A DNA stretch of 64,000 nucleotides from Arcobacteraceae bacterium (GTDB lineage: Bacteria > Campylobacterota > Campylobacteria > Campylobacterales > Arcobacteraceae): the NCBI GenBank assembly GCA_965224485.1, contig CBDCZH010000019.1:128001-192000 (forward strand), in the 5' to 3' direction. Positions within the stretch are counted from its first letter, which is position 1; every line of letters starts with the position of its first letter. Position numbers and translations under genes: made by a program. Below, one piece after another: positions 22,110-33,261 of this stretch. The notes beneath the pieces were generated by a model. It did no database searches and was not told where the DNA came from. It was given only the letters and a program-made list of their open reading frames with translations.

Positions 22110-23396
22110 TTATTTTTTTAAGTTTTGCATAATATCAGAAGCTGCATTAATACAAGAATCAATCATTTCATTTGTTATAACAGTTGAAATAAATCCTGTT
22201 TCATACTGTGAACAAGCAAAATAATAACCTCTTTTTAACATCTCGTGATGAAAAGTAGCAAAGGCTTCAAAATCACAAAGGCCTACTTCTTTAAAATTTT
22301 TAGGTTCTTTTTCACAAAAGAAAAATCCAAACATTGAACCTCTTGTATTTACTTGTAAAGCAATATTATTTTCATTTGCTACTTTTTTAAAACCATTTAC
22401 TAGTCTTAAGGCTTTTTCATTTAGTTCTTTATGTATATTCTTTGAAGCTTTTAACTTTTTAAGAGATACTAAACCAGCTGCCATTGCAACAGGATTTCCA
22501 CTTAGGGTTCCTGCTTGATAAACAGTTCCATCAGGTGATAAATGATTCATAATTTTAGAAGATGAAGCAAAAGCACCAACAGGCATACCAGCGCCTATTA
22601 CTTTACCAAAAGTAATAATATCAGCCTTAGTATCAACTAAACCAGATGCTCCGCTTAACGAAGCTCTAAAACCACTCATAACTTCATCAAAAATCAGTAA
22701 AGCATCATTTTTATCACATAAATCTCTACAAGCTTTTAAAAACTCACTTGAAGCTGGAACTAGACCCATATTTCCAGCAATTGGTTCTATTATAATACAA
22801 GCAATATCACTAGAATCTTCAAAACATTTCTCTAAATTTTTAATATTGTTATATTCACATAAAAGTGTATGTTTTATTAAATCAGCTGGCACGCCTGGTG
22901 AACTAGGGCTTCCAAAAGTAGCAAGCCCTGAACCTGCCTGTACTAAAAGTGAGTCAGAGTGTCCATGATAACAACCTTCAAACTTCAAGATATCATTTTT
23001 ACCACTAACACCACGTGCAAGTCTAATTGCAGACATAACAGCTTCAGTTCCAGAACTTACAAATCTTACTTTATCAATATAGTCATACATTTCAACAATT
23101 TCATTAGCTAATTGTGTTTCAAGTAAAGTAGGAGCTCCAAATGATAAACCTTTTTTACAAGTTGCAATTACTGCTTCTTCTATATCTTTATCACAATGAC
23201 CAAAAATCAAAGGTCCCCAAGATTGTACAAAATCTAAGTATTTATTTCCATCTATATCAAAAAGGTAAGCCCCTTCTCCTTTGTCAATAAAAGGTGGTGT
23301 TCCTTTTACTCCTTTAAAAGCACGAACAGGTGAGTCAACTCCACCTGGGATTACTCTTTTAGCATCTGCATAAGCATTAAGTGATTTATCAAACAT
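22110..23396 (-). CDS. hemL: Glutamate-1-semialdehyde 2,1-aminomutase
   Basis: [37 protein letters not shown]. Confidence 0.97.
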   Translation of the reverse strand: MFDKSLNAYADAKRVIPGGVDSPVRAFKGVKGTPPFIDKGEGAYLFDIDGNKYLDFVQSWGPLIFGHCDKDIEEAVIATCKKGLSFGAPTLLETQLANEIVEMYDYIDKVRFVSSGTEAVMSAIRLARGVSGKNDILKFEGCYHGHSDSLLVQAGSGLATFGSPSSPGVPADLIKHTLLCEYNNIKNLEKCFEDSSDIACIIIEPIAGNMGLVPASSEFLKACRDLCDKNDALLIFDEVMSGFRASLSGASGLVDTKADIITFGKVIGAGMPVGAFASSSKIMNHLSPDGTVYQAGTLSGNPVAMAAGLVSLKKLKASKNIHKELNEKALRLVNGFKKVANENNIALQVNTRGSMFGFFFCEKEPKNFKEVGLCDFEAFATFHHEMLKRGYYFACSQYETGFISTVITNEMIDSCINAASDIMQNLKK

Positions 23397-23459
23397 TTAT
23401 CATATCCTATATTATTATTTATTCATTATAAAAAAGAAATATTATACTATAATCAAAAT

Positions 23460-24266
23460 ATGAAACAAATCATAAGTGCTATATTTTTATCTATACTTTT
23501 ACATTTATTAATACTTTACACATATAAACTTCCAAAGACTAGCAAAAGTTTAGAAAAAAGTGAGATAAAAGGCAAGGATAAGGTTCTTGTACATTATGTA
23601 AAATTAAGAAAAACAAACTCTTTGGACAAGATATCTCCTAAAATAATAAAAAAAGAAGAAAAACAAACAGAAAAAAAAGTCAAAATAAAAGCTAAAGAAA
23701 CACTAGAAAAAAAGAAGTATATAAAAGTTAAAAAAATCGTAAAAACAGCAAGAAGAAAAGTTATTAAAAGAGATAAAAATAATATAGAAAAAACAAATAA
23801 AAACAAAACTCTAAAAAAAGAAGAAATTCTACCAAGTTTTTTAGTTCAAAAAACAAGTCAATTTAAGAAAGAAATTATTAAAGATATTTTAAAAGAACCT
23901 CTTGATTTAAGAATGTTAGATCAATTAACACAAAGTTATATTAAATTATATGGAGAAGATTATAATAACTTTACAAAGATTCAAAAAGTCTATTTACAAA
24001 ATAACTTAAAAAATATTGGTAGAATTACACAAAAGTATCTTAGATACCCAAAACTCTCTATTAAAATGAGACAAAGTGGCATGAATATAGTTGAGTTTAC
24101 TTTGTATCCAAATGGAGATATAAGCGAACCTAAAATAATAAATAGCTCAGATTATGCAGCTTTAGATAAAAATACTTTAGAAACTATATATATTGCTTAT
24201 AAGGATTACCCAAGACCAAGAGAAGCTACAAAAATAAGAATATATGTCACATATCGCTTATATTAA
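23460..24266 (+). CDS. tonB: TonB-family energy transducer
   Basis: SILLHLLI TM motif, Lys-rich linker, YP...G...VEF...G...SS...LD C-terminal domain. Confidence 0.8.
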   Translation: MKQIISAIFLSILLHLLILYTYKLPKTSKSLEKSEIKGKDKVLVHYVKLRKTNSLDKISPKIIKKEEKQTEKKVKIKAKETLEKKKYIKVKKIVKTARRKVIKRDKNNIEKTNKNKTLKKEEILPSFLVQKTSQFKKEIIKDILKEPLDLRMLDQLTQSYIKLYGEDYNNFTKIQKVYLQNNLKNIGRITQKYLRYPKLSIKMRQSGMNIVEFTLYPNGDISEPKIINSSDYAALDKNTLETIYIAYKDYPRPREATKIRIYVTYRLY

Positions 24267-24317
24267 TTAATTTTTTTGCTACAATACGAAAAATATTTTT
24301 TAAGAAGAAGGCAAACA

Positions 24318-25235
24318 ATGTTAACTAATAAAATTAGAAATCAAGAAAACGGAATTTTACTATATGGAATAACTCCTCCAAAAATTGGTCATGATGATGA
24401 AAAAATTAGAACTATTGCGAATACTCACATAAAAAGAATTCAAGAATTAGATATTGATGGCCTTGTTTTATATGATATTCAAGATGAAAGTTCAAGAACT
24501 AATGAGAAAAGACCTTTTCCTTTTATACAAACTATGAACCCTTGTGAGTTTTCAAAGCAGTATTTACAAGAGCTTAAAACACCTAGAATTATATACAGAG
24601 CAGTAGGAAAATATACCAAAGAAAAATTTTCTACTTGGCTTAAAGAAACAAGAGTTTCCCAAGTTCACTCTGTTTTTGTAGGAAGTGCATCTAAAAGTCA
24701 AGAAACAAGTCTTAGTATTAAAGAAGCTTATGATTTGAAAAAAGAAGTAAATGATAATCTTTGTATGGGTGGGATTTTAATACCTGAAAGACATGCAAAA
24801 AAAGGCGATGAGCACTTAAGAGTTTTTGAAAAAACTGATGCTGGTTGTGAGTATTTTATTACTCAATGTATTTATGATTTAGAAGCAGCAAAGATATTTT
24901 TAAGTGATTATAATACTTATGCAAAAAAACACAATAAAAAAATTGTACCAATAATCTTTACACTAACACCTTGTGGAAGTGCAAAAACATTAGAATTTAT
25001 GAAATGGCTTGGAATTAATATTCCTAATTATTTAGAAGAAGAGTTAAAAGAATCAGGAGATATTTTAAAGCACTCACTTGAATTATCAATTCATATTTTT
25101 AAAGAATTATATACTTATGCAAGAAAAAAGAATATTCCTATTGGATGTAATATTGAAAGTGTTGCTATTAGAAAAGAAGAAATAGAAGCTTCAATTGAAC
25201 TTGTTTATAAAATAAAAGAGATAATGAGTAAATAA
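24318..25235 (+). CDS. Methylenetetrahydrofolate reductase-like protein
   Basis: LYGITPPK, YDIQDE, YFITQCIYD; ATG at 24318 has an AAGG RBS. Confidence 0.8.
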   Translation: MLTNKIRNQENGILLYGITPPKIGHDDEKIRTIANTHIKRIQELDIDGLVLYDIQDESSRTNEKRPFPFIQTMNPCEFSKQYLQELKTPRIIYRAVGKYTKEKFSTWLKETRVSQVHSVFVGSASKSQETSLSIKEAYDLKKEVNDNLCMGGILIPERHAKKGDEHLRVFEKTDAGCEYFITQCIYDLEAAKIFLSDYNTYAKKHNKKIVPIIFTLTPCGSAKTLEFMKWLGINIPNYLEEELKESGDILKHSLELSIHIFKELYTYARKKNIPIGCNIESVAIRKEEIEASIELVYKIKEIMSK

Positions 25236-25306
25236 CATTACATTTTGTAATAATTTTATAATAAAATAACAAAACGTGATAAACTTCTTGAAATAAAGGA
25301 TTTATC

Positions 25307-25495
25307 ATGTTTATAAATGAAGATTTAGCCTATTTATACAGAAAACTAGATTATGCTATTTGGCAAAAAGAAGCTTGTTCTGATATTACTTTAGAAAAAA
25401 ACAAAGAAGCACAAAAATTAATTTCTTATTATAATAGAAAAATTGAATCTATAAGAAGAAAAAAGAATATGATTAAACAATTAAGTTTATTTTAG
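25307..25495 (+). CDS. Small hypothetical protein
   Basis: 62 aa, AAGGA RBS, ends QLSLF. Confidence 0.55.
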   Translation: MFINEDLAYLYRKLDYAIWQKEACSDITLEKNKEAQKLISYYNRKIESIRRKKNMIKQLSLF

Positions 25496-26431
25496 TTTCC
25501 AATAGAAAATTTTATTTTCATTACCAGAAGAAAATAGTTCATTTTCATTTACAAAACTAATATTTGAAGGCACTGCTTTATGCCCTACTAAGGTATATAG
25601 TTTTTTCTTATTCTTAATATTGAAAACCTGCAAAACCCCATCTTCAGTACTAGAATAAACTCCTAAAGTAGCATTTGGATTTAAAGCAACCGCAAAAACT
25701 AAAAAATCACTTTTAAGATAATAGGTATTTTTATTTTTAGAATAAACCCCTACCCTTCTGTCTTGTCCCGCTGTTATAATAACGCCATTAGCATAAGCTA
25801 TTTTATAAATTCTATCCACATTTAAAGACTCATAAATTTTTATAATTTTTCCACTTTTAATATCTAAAGAAGTAACTCGTCCACTCTCAGAAGCACTTAA
25901 TAATTTTGTTTTATCTTTACTTAAAACCATATCAGTAAAAGCTGAAAGTTCTAAGTGTTTTTTATAAAAAGTATAATTATCTTTTAAATTGTAAGAAATA
26001 ATTTCATGCCCTAGTGTTCCTAAAACAAAACTATCTTCATTTATAAATCTAGCTTCTTTAACACTTAACTTATCTTTTATGCTTAGGATTTTTTTTAATA
26101 TTTTTCCATCATGTATCCAAACATTTCTAAAACCTTTTAAAGTGGTACTTACAAATAAAGTTTTGTTATTAAACCTATCAACCGATAAGATTTTTGCTCT
26201 TATATTTTGATTCTTTGTCAATAATAGTGAGGGCAAAATAATTTCATCTACAATTTTTTTACTTTTAAAATCAAATATTTCTATTGAACCCTCATCATTT
26301 GCAATATACATAAATGATTTATCAATAACAAAATCAAGAACTAAAGCTTTTGTTTTAATTATGAAAAAAGGTTTTATCTCTTTTGAATAAGAAGAAGAAA
26401 AAAGAAGGGTTACATATAATAAAAACCTCAT
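25487..26431 (-). CDS. Exported WD40 beta-propeller protein (NapL-like)
   Basis: Signal peptide; repeats such as TAGQDRRVGVY and LVGH...SGNENKIFYWK. Confidence 0.75.
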   Translation of the reverse strand: MRFLLYVTLLFSSSYSKEIKPFFIIKTKALVLDFVIDKSFMYIANDEGSIEIFDFKSKKIVDEIILPSLLLTKNQNIRAKILSVDRFNNKTLFVSTTLKGFRNVWIHDGKILKKILSIKDKLSVKEARFINEDSFVLGTLGHEIISYNLKDNYTFYKKHLELSAFTDMVLSKDKTKLLSASESGRVTSLDIKSGKIIKIYESLNVDRIYKIAYANGVIITAGQDRRVGVYSKNKNTYYLKSDFLVFAVALNPNATLGVYSSTEDGVLQVFNIKNKKKLYTLVGHKAVPSNISFVNENELFSSGNENKIFYWKLK

Positions 26432-26439
26432 AAAAGGTC

Positions 26440-27291
26440 TTATTTTATACTTGCTAAAACAAGCTCTCTTAGAGTTTTACAAGCAACTGCTGTTGAAGCT
26501 CCACTTGAATCATATTTAGGACTTAGTTCAACTATATCAAGGCCTACAACATTTTGTAAAGCACTTAGCTGTGAAATTATTTCAAGCATATCATGAAAAT
26601 TTATACCCCCTGGTTCTGGTGTTCCAGTTCCTGGTAAAACACTTGGATCAAAAACATCTAAATCAAGAGTAATATAAACAGCCTTGTGTTCTAATCTTTT
26701 AACACAGGCCTTTAATGTTTTATAAGTAAACATTTCTAAATTAGTATGCTCTTTTGCCCATAAAAACTCTTCTTTTAAACCAGATCGTATGCAAAACTGA
26801 TTTATTTTACCAATTCCTACTTGATCATAAATTCTTCTTAAAACAGTTGCATGACTTAAAGCTTCACCTAAATAATCTTCTCGTAAATCAGTATGTGCAT
26901 CAAAGTGAATAATATGTAAATCATCATATTTTTTACTTAAGGCTTTTATTGGAGCTAAAGATACTAAATGCTCTCCTCCTATCATAATAGGAATTTTATT
27001 AGCATCAATTATTTTTTGTACATGTTCTTGAATTATTCTTAAGGCCTTTTTTTTATCACCAAAAGGAAGTTCTAAATCTCCATAATCAAAAAGATTTAAA
27101 TCATCTAAATCTTTGTCTAAATAAGGGCTATAAGATTCTAGACCCCAAGAATCCTCTCTCATAGCACAAGGAGCGAATCTTGTCCCTGGTTTAAAAGAAG
27201 TAGTTCCATCAAAAGGAGCTCCAAATAAAACTGCTTTTGAAGATTCAAAATCTTCTTCAAAACCAAGAAAAGTATTTTTTACTGCTTTCAT
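26440..27291 (-). CDS. speB: Agmatinase
   Basis: GGEHLVS, HFDAHTDL, DLDVFDPS..PGTGTPEPGG. Confidence 0.92.
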   Translation of the reverse strand: MKAVKNTFLGFEEDFESSKAVLFGAPFDGTTSFKPGTRFAPCAMREDSWGLESYSPYLDKDLDDLNLFDYGDLELPFGDKKKALRIIQEHVQKIIDANKIPIMIGGEHLVSLAPIKALSKKYDDLHIIHFDAHTDLREDYLGEALSHATVLRRIYDQVGIGKINQFCIRSGLKEEFLWAKEHTNLEMFTYKTLKACVKRLEHKAVYITLDLDVFDPSVLPGTGTPEPGGINFHDMLEIISQLSALQNVVGLDIVELSPKYDSSGASTAVACKTLRELVLASIK

Positions 27292-28401
27292 TTATGATAA
27301 CCTTCTTTCAAAAGAGTATAAATCCATATACCTAAAGGCTAATAAATTCTCTAAAATTGCAAAAATAATAATATAATTAATAAAAGAACTTCCTCCATAA
27401 GATAATAAGGGCAAGGGAAGTCCAACCACAGGAGCGAAACCAATAACCATCAAAATATTAATACTCATATTTAAAAATAATAAAAGCCCAATTCCCGAGG
27501 AAAAGCACCTTATGACATAATCGTCTTTAAAATAATAATTCATGGATAAGAGATGAATAATAAGCAATAAATATAAAGTTATTAAACCAGCAGCTCCTAA
27601 AAAACCATAACGCTCTACAAAATAAGCAAATATAAAATCACTTGTTGCAATTGGCAAAAATTTTAAATGTGCTTGTGTCGCTTCATCTGATTTTTTACCA
27701 GTTAATCCCCCTGAACCAATAGCTATAATTGACTGTTGTACGTGATAAGAAGGTTTTTCAGAAATAAAATCAGAAATTCTTTTTTTCTGATAATCTTTTA
27801 TTAAATATGTATAAATAAAAGGGGAGCTTACTGTAATTATAAGTAAAATTCCTACCCAAATTTTCCAATAAACACCTATAATAAATAGTATTCCATAACC
27901 TAATAGAAGTAAAACTAAAGCTGTTCCTAAATCAGGTTCTTTAGCTATTAAAATAAAAGGAATAATAATAAAAGTTGAGAAATATAAAAATGCTTTAAAT
28001 CTATATCCACCTTTAGGAGGTGGTTTTTGATGTATTAAATAACCTAACATTAGTAAAAAAAGAGGTTTTATTAGTTCACTTGGTTGAATAGTTGAGCTTG
28101 TTCCTGGTATTTCTAACCATCTTTTAGCACCTAATTTTGTAACCCCATAAAATTCAACAGCAAAAAGCAATAAAATTCCTAAGCAATATAAAAAAGGAAT
28201 AAGTCTTAAATTTCTTCTAATAGGAAGCATAAAAACCACTAAAAACGCCACTAATGCAACGCTAAAGTATATTAACTGTTTTTGTGCTAATATTTCATTT
28301 GTTTCACTAATTAAGTGATAAGAAATATATACCAATGGCAGTACAAAAAGTATAAGTAAATAGTCAAAATGAGATATAATTCTTTTATCAATAAATTGCA
28401 T
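27292..28401 (-). CDS. mrdB: Rod shape-determining SEDS protein RodA
   Basis: GAKRW, IQPSE, EPDLGTA, SDFIFA, LPLLSYGGSS. Confidence 0.92.
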   Translation of the reverse strand: MQFIDKRIISHFDYLLILFVLPLVYISYHLISETNEILAQKQLIYFSVALVAFLVVFMLPIRRNLRLIPFLYCLGILLLFAVEFYGVTKLGAKRWLEIPGTSSTIQPSELIKPLFLLMLGYLIHQKPPPKGGYRFKAFLYFSTFIIIPFILIAKEPDLGTALVLLLLGYGILFIIGVYWKIWVGILLIITVSSPFIYTYLIKDYQKKRISDFISEKPSYHVQQSIIAIGSGGLTGKKSDEATQAHLKFLPIATSDFIFAYFVERYGFLGAAGLITLYLLLIIHLLSMNYYFKDDYVIRCFSSGIGLLLFLNMSINILMVIGFAPVVGLPLPLLSYGGSSFINYIIIFAILENLLAFRYMDLYSFERRLS

Positions 28402-28402
28402 A

Positions 28403-29383
28403 ATGAAAGAGTATCAAAATATGAATAAAATCTTTATTGTAAATGAAGTAAATAGATTAGACAAGTTTTTAACTTCCCAAATTGAAGTTTCTAGAAATCA
28501 GATTGAAAACTTAATTAAAAAAGAGTTTGTAAAAGTTAATAATAAATTAATAAAAAAAACATCTTTTAGAGTAAAAGAAGAAGATGAAGTAGAAGTAAAC
28601 TTTCCCGAAGCGCTAGAAGGTGAAAAAGTTACAGTTGATTTTGATGTAGAGATAATTTATGAAGATGAAGAAATCTTAGTAATAAATAAACCATATAATT
28701 TAACAGTTCATGGAGCACCCAGTGTTAAAGATGCAACTTTAGTAGATTGGCTTAAGTCTAAAAACATCTCTTTATCAACTATAAGCGCAGAAATAAGACA
28801 TGGAATAGTTCATAGACTTGATAAAGGAACATCAGGAGTTATGGTTATTGCTAAAACAAATGAAGCTCATGTACACCTAGCAAAACAACTAGAAGAAAAA
28901 TCTATGGGTAGATATTATTTAGCAATAACAGATCTAGCCTTAAGAGAAAATATTGTAATTGAAAATGAAATTGGAAGAAATCCTAATAATAGATTACAAA
29001 TGACCGTTCTTAAAAATGGAAAACTTGCAAAATCTGCTTTTGCAAAAATTGCACTTAGTTCAAATGATAAATATGAATTAGTTTCTTGTAAGTTATTTAC
29101 AGGAAGAACTCACCAAATAAGAGTTCATCTAAACTCAATAAATAGGCACATTCTAGGGGATAATTTATATGGATTTAAGGGCGAATTAAATAAAATTAAA
29201 AGATTTTACTTACATGCATATATGCTTTATTTACGTCATCCAAAAACAAATGAACAAATGAGTTTTGTGGCAAATATTGCTGATGATATGAGTGAGTTTT
29301 TACACAAGAATTTTAAAATGGAGAATATAAATGAACAAATTAATAAAGATAGCTTCAGCGACATTTTTAACTTTACTAATTAG
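28403..29383 (+). CDS. rluD: RluA/RluD-family pseudouridine synthase with S4 domain
   Basis: RLDKFL, GIVHRLDKGTSG, TGRTHQIRVH. Confidence 0.88.
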   Translation: MKEYQNMNKIFIVNEVNRLDKFLTSQIEVSRNQIENLIKKEFVKVNNKLIKKTSFRVKEEDEVEVNFPEALEGEKVTVDFDVEIIYEDEEILVINKPYNLTVHGAPSVKDATLVDWLKSKNISLSTISAEIRHGIVHRLDKGTSGVMVIAKTNEAHVHLAKQLEEKSMGRYYLAITDLALRENIVIENEIGRNPNNRLQMTVLKNGKLAKSAFAKIALSSNDKYELVSCKLFTGRTHQIRVHLNSINRHILGDNLYGFKGELNKIKRFYLHAYMLYLRHPKTNEQMSFVANIADDMSEFLHKNFKMENINEQINKDSFSDIFNFTN

Positions 29384-30605
29384 TGGATGTAGTATAAAAG
29401 GTTTAAACACAGCGACTGAACCAAGAATTGATCCAAGTTTAGAAGTAATCAATAATGAATCGATTAGAACAATATCAGGAATAAACTCAATTGCTTTTGA
29501 GTGGAGAAAAGTTGATGATATTAATGCTATTGGTTATAATTTTTATAGAGCAAAATTAAATGATGAAAAAATAAAACTAAGACATATTAAACTATTAAAA
29601 AATAGATATTCAAGTCATTATTTAGATAATGACTTACAACCAAATACTTCTTATGTATATTCTATGACAACTGCTAATGCAAAAGACTATGAGTCAAAAT
29701 CTACAAAATCATTTGAAGTTAAAACATTAGATGTTCCAGTAGCAATTCCATTTATTCAAGCAATTTCAAACTTGCCAAGACAGATAAAAATTCTTTGGAG
29801 ACCACATCCAAATGAGAGCATTGAGTATTATAAAGTTTTTAGAAAACAACCAAATGAATCAGATTGGGAAAAACTTAAAACTCTAGATGGAAGATTACAA
29901 GCTGAATATATTGATGAAGATTTAGATGATAATATTGTATATCTTTATAAAGTTATTGCTTATACTTTTGAAGATATAGCTTCAAAAGAAAGTCAAATAG
30001 TTCAAGCTCAAACAAAACCTTTACCACAAGGAATTAATAATCTTACTGCAAGTCAAAACCTACCTAAAAAGATTGTTTTAACTTGGAGTGCTTCATCAGA
30101 AAATGGAATTATAAGATATAGACTTTATAAAAACTCATCTTTAAATGGTTCATTTTCACTTGTAAAAGATTTTAATACAGAAGTTTTATCTTATGAAGAT
30201 GTTATACAAGAAGATGGAAAAGTATATTTTTATAAAGTAACTACTACAGATAAAGATGGTTTAGAAAGTTCTTTAAATATTAATGCAAAAATGGGTATGA
30301 CTTTACCAAAACTAAATAAACCTGTTTTAACTCTAGCTCAAATACAAGGTGAAAAAGCAATTTTAAACTGGCAAGCTGGAGATAATAGAGCTAAAACATT
30401 TACTGTTTATAAAAAAGCAAAAATAGGAATGTTTAAAATCACTAAAACAAAATATACAAATATTTCTGCTTTAAGATTTGAAGACAATAATATAATTAGA
30501 GGTGTAGAGTATGAATATACAATTCAATCAGTAGATGAATTTGGAATTGTATCAGAGCAAACAAAAGAAACAACTCTTATTTTACCAAAACTAGTAAATA
30601 ATTAA
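29331..30605 (+). CDS. Fibronectin type III repeat lipoprotein
   Basis: Lipobox LISGC; repeated W...Y.VY...Y.D..Y.Y.V FN3 units. Confidence 0.88.
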   Translation: MNKLIKIASATFLTLLISGCSIKGLNTATEPRIDPSLEVINNESIRTISGINSIAFEWRKVDDINAIGYNFYRAKLNDEKIKLRHIKLLKNRYSSHYLDNDLQPNTSYVYSMTTANAKDYESKSTKSFEVKTLDVPVAIPFIQAISNLPRQIKILWRPHPNESIEYYKVFRKQPNESDWEKLKTLDGRLQAEYIDEDLDDNIVYLYKVIAYTFEDIASKESQIVQAQTKPLPQGINNLTASQNLPKKIVLTWSASSENGIIRYRLYKNSSLNGSFSLVKDFNTEVLSYEDVIQEDGKVYFYKVTTTDKDGLESSLNINAKMGMTLPKLNKPVLTLAQIQGEKAILNWQAGDNRAKTFTVYKKAKIGMFKITKTKYTNISALRFEDNNIIRGVEYEYTIQSVDEFGIVSEQTKETTLILPKLVNN

Positions 30606-31801
30606 TGCCACATATTACATTTATAAAAAATCAAGAATTATCAACTCCAATATCTTCAAATGGAGTTGATTTTACGTTCATAGCAAAATCATATAATAAT
30701 ACTTGTAAAAATAGAGATGATGAGTATAAGATAGCTGTAAGAAACAAAGATAAAGAGTTTTTATTGTCATTAAGAAATAAAAAACCAAATATGATGATAA
30801 AATATGACAAAATCTCAAGAATTAGTCCTATTCAAATAGTTAAAGATGCACTTAATGAATATATATCTTTAAGTAAGGCAAAAATAGTATTTACTAATAC
30901 AAATGATGTTTCAAATAAAGTACAAGTATCAAATGAGTACTTAAAAGATATTAGTTTTTTTGTAAATGATTTTAAAAGTACTAAAGAGCTCCAAATAGAA
31001 GTTGGTTTTGGTTCAGGACGACATTTAATTCATCAAGCTTTAAAAAATCCACATATACAATTTATTGGTTTAGAAATACATACACCTTCAATAGAACAAG
31101 CCTTAAAACAAATAGAAATTCAGGAAATTAAAAATATTTTAATTATAAATTATGATGCAAGACTGTTTTTAGAATTTATAAAATCAAATTCTGTTGGTAA
31201 AGTATTTGTTCACTTTCCTGTTCCTTGGGATAAAAAACCACATAGACGAGTGTATTCAAATGACTTTATTTCTGAAGCATTAAGAGTTTTAAAAAAACAA
31301 GGAAGTTTAGAGCTTAGAACTGATAGCAGGAAATATTTTGATTATTGTAGTTCTTTATTAACAAATCTTAATAGTGGTAAAATTATTATTGATATAAATA
31401 AAGACTTAGAAGTTAGCTCAAAATATGAAGATAGATGGAAAAAACAAGGTAAAAATATTTATGATGTAGTTTTAATCTGTAATCAAGAAGATGAAGAAAA
31501 AATACATTACGATGATTTTAATTTTAAAGACGATATTAATTTAATAAATGTTTTAGAAAATCTAAGTACAAAACCTTTAGTAATAGAAGATTATTTTATT
31601 CATATAGAAGATGTTTATATTATACAAAACCAAGAGCACTCTGCCCTTATTCAACTTACCTTTGGCTCTTTTAACAAACCTCTTAGCAAGTATATTTTAA
31701 TTAAAAATAAAAAAGCTTCTTATTATCAAGGTAATCCAATACCAACATCTGCTAATATAAAAGCACATAAAAAAATAAAAGAGATTTTACAAAATGATTG
31801 A
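30605..31801 (+). CDS. trmB: tRNA (guanine-N7)-methyltransferase
   Basis: EVGFGSG, HFPVPWDKKPHRR, LRTD, SKYEDRW. Confidence 0.93.
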   Translation: MPHITFIKNQELSTPISSNGVDFTFIAKSYNNTCKNRDDEYKIAVRNKDKEFLLSLRNKKPNMMIKYDKISRISPIQIVKDALNEYISLSKAKIVFTNTNDVSNKVQVSNEYLKDISFFVNDFKSTKELQIEVGFGSGRHLIHQALKNPHIQFIGLEIHTPSIEQALKQIEIQEIKNILIINYDARLFLEFIKSNSVGKVFVHFPVPWDKKPHRRVYSNDFISEALRVLKKQGSLELRTDSRKYFDYCSSLLTNLNSGKIIIDINKDLEVSSKYEDRWKKQGKNIYDVVLICNQEDEEKIHYDDFNFKDDINLINVLENLSTKPLVIEDYFIHIEDVYIIQNQEHSALIQLTFGSFNKPLSKYILIKNKKASYYQGNPIPTSANIKAHKKIKEILQND

Positions 31802-32456
31802 AGCTAAGAATATATATCTTTCTTATGATGAGAATAAATTTGTTATTAAAAAAGGAAATTTTTCAATCAAGGATAAAGAATTTATATTCATAGGTGGAAC
31901 TAGTGGTTCTGGAAAATCAACCTTACTAAAATCTTTTTATGGTGAAATTGAAATTAAACATGGTAGTTTAACCATTGATGATAGAAACTTAAACAATATT
32001 TCTAGTAGAGCTTTACGAAATCTAAGAAAAGATATTGGAATTATTTTTCAAGATTATAAACTAATTAGTGAACTTACTATTGAAGAAAATATCATGTTAC
32101 CTTTAAAAATCAATGGTTACTCAAATGATATATCAAAAAGCCAAGCTATAAAACTTCTAGCTCATGTAAAACTGTCTCATAGAAAAGGATGTTATCCTGA
32201 TGAAATAAGTGGAGGGGAGCAACAAAGAGTTGCTGTTGCACGGGCTTTGGCACATAATCCTAAGTTTATAATTGCAGATGAACCAACTGGAAATCTTGAT
32301 GATTATTCAGCTGATTTAGTTTGGAACTTATTAAAAGGGGCAAATGAACAATTAGGTATTACTGTTATTGTTGTAACACATAGGGTTCCTAAAAACTTTG
32401 GCATAAAATTTAGACAATTATCAATTGAGGATGGCATAATATATGAAGTCTCTTAA
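31794..32456 (+). CDS. ftsE: Cell-division ABC ATPase
   Basis: [35 protein letters not shown]. Confidence 0.92.
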   Translation: MIEAKNIYLSYDENKFVIKKGNFSIKDKEFIFIGGTSGSGKSTLLKSFYGEIEIKHGSLTIDDRNLNNISSRALRNLRKDIGIIFQDYKLISELTIEENIMLPLKINGYSNDISKSQAIKLLAHVKLSHRKGCYPDEISGGEQQRVAVARALAHNPKFIIADEPTGNLDDYSADLVWNLLKGANEQLGITVIVVTHRVPKNFGIKFRQLSIEDGIIYEVS

Positions 32457-33261
32457 ATCGATTATATCTTTTATTATTCCACTACTAACTATGTTAGCTA
32501 CTTTTACTATTTATATATTTACAAATAACGTAGTAAATGACTATAAAAAGAAAATATCTAAAGATTATTCAATAGTAATAGTATCTCATACTCCCCTAAT
32601 AAAAGATAATTTTGATTATATTGGAGATATTAAAGTTAAAAGCATTCAAACTTTAAATAAAGCGAATATTATAAACAATATAAAAAGTTCACTTTCACGT
32701 GCTTCTTTAGATTTATTAAGACAAAAACTACCTCATTTTTACAAAATTCATTTATACTCTTTTCCAACAAGTTCTCAATTAGAATATGTAAAGAATCAAT
32801 TAAGTAAAAATTCTAATATAAAAAGTATTGAAATATTCTCTAAAAACCATAATCAAATATATCTTTTACTAATTCTAATAAATAACCTTACTATGATTTT
32901 ATTCATAGCAATTCTTATCTTTGCAGTTATAGTTTTATCAAAACAAATAACAATATGGTTTTATGAACAAAGAGAAAAAATCACTATAATGAAGCTACAT
33001 GGAGCCTCTATCTTATATTCAGCCTCTGAAATATTAAAACATGCAATTATTGCTGCTTTTATATCTTTTGTATTAATTTCAAGCTTAATAATATTTTTAT
33101 CATCTAATTTACAATTTATTATTCCTGTTGAACTTAAACCAATTTTAGTTACACAAATCGTATTAGAAAAAGAGATTTTAAAAGTGTTCTTATTATCTTT
33201 TGGTATCTCATTATTTACTATATTTGGAGTACTTTTTAGATATAAGATTAAAAATGCTTAA
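32443..33261 (+). CDS. ftsX: FtsX permease
   Basis: Follows ftsE; IMKLHGAS motif; four TM segments. Confidence 0.85.
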   Translation: MKSLKSIISFIIPLLTMLATFTIYIFTNNVVNDYKKKISKDYSIVIVSHTPLIKDNFDYIGDIKVKSIQTLNKANIINNIKSSLSRASLDLLRQKLPHFYKIHLYSFPTSSQLEYVKNQLSKNSNIKSIEIFSKNHNQIYLLLILINNLTMILFIAILIFAVIVLSKQITIWFYEQREKITIMKLHGASILYSASEILKHAIIAAFISFVLISSLIIFLSSNLQFIIPVELKPILVTQIVLEKEILKVFLLSFGISLFTIFGVLFRYKIKNA

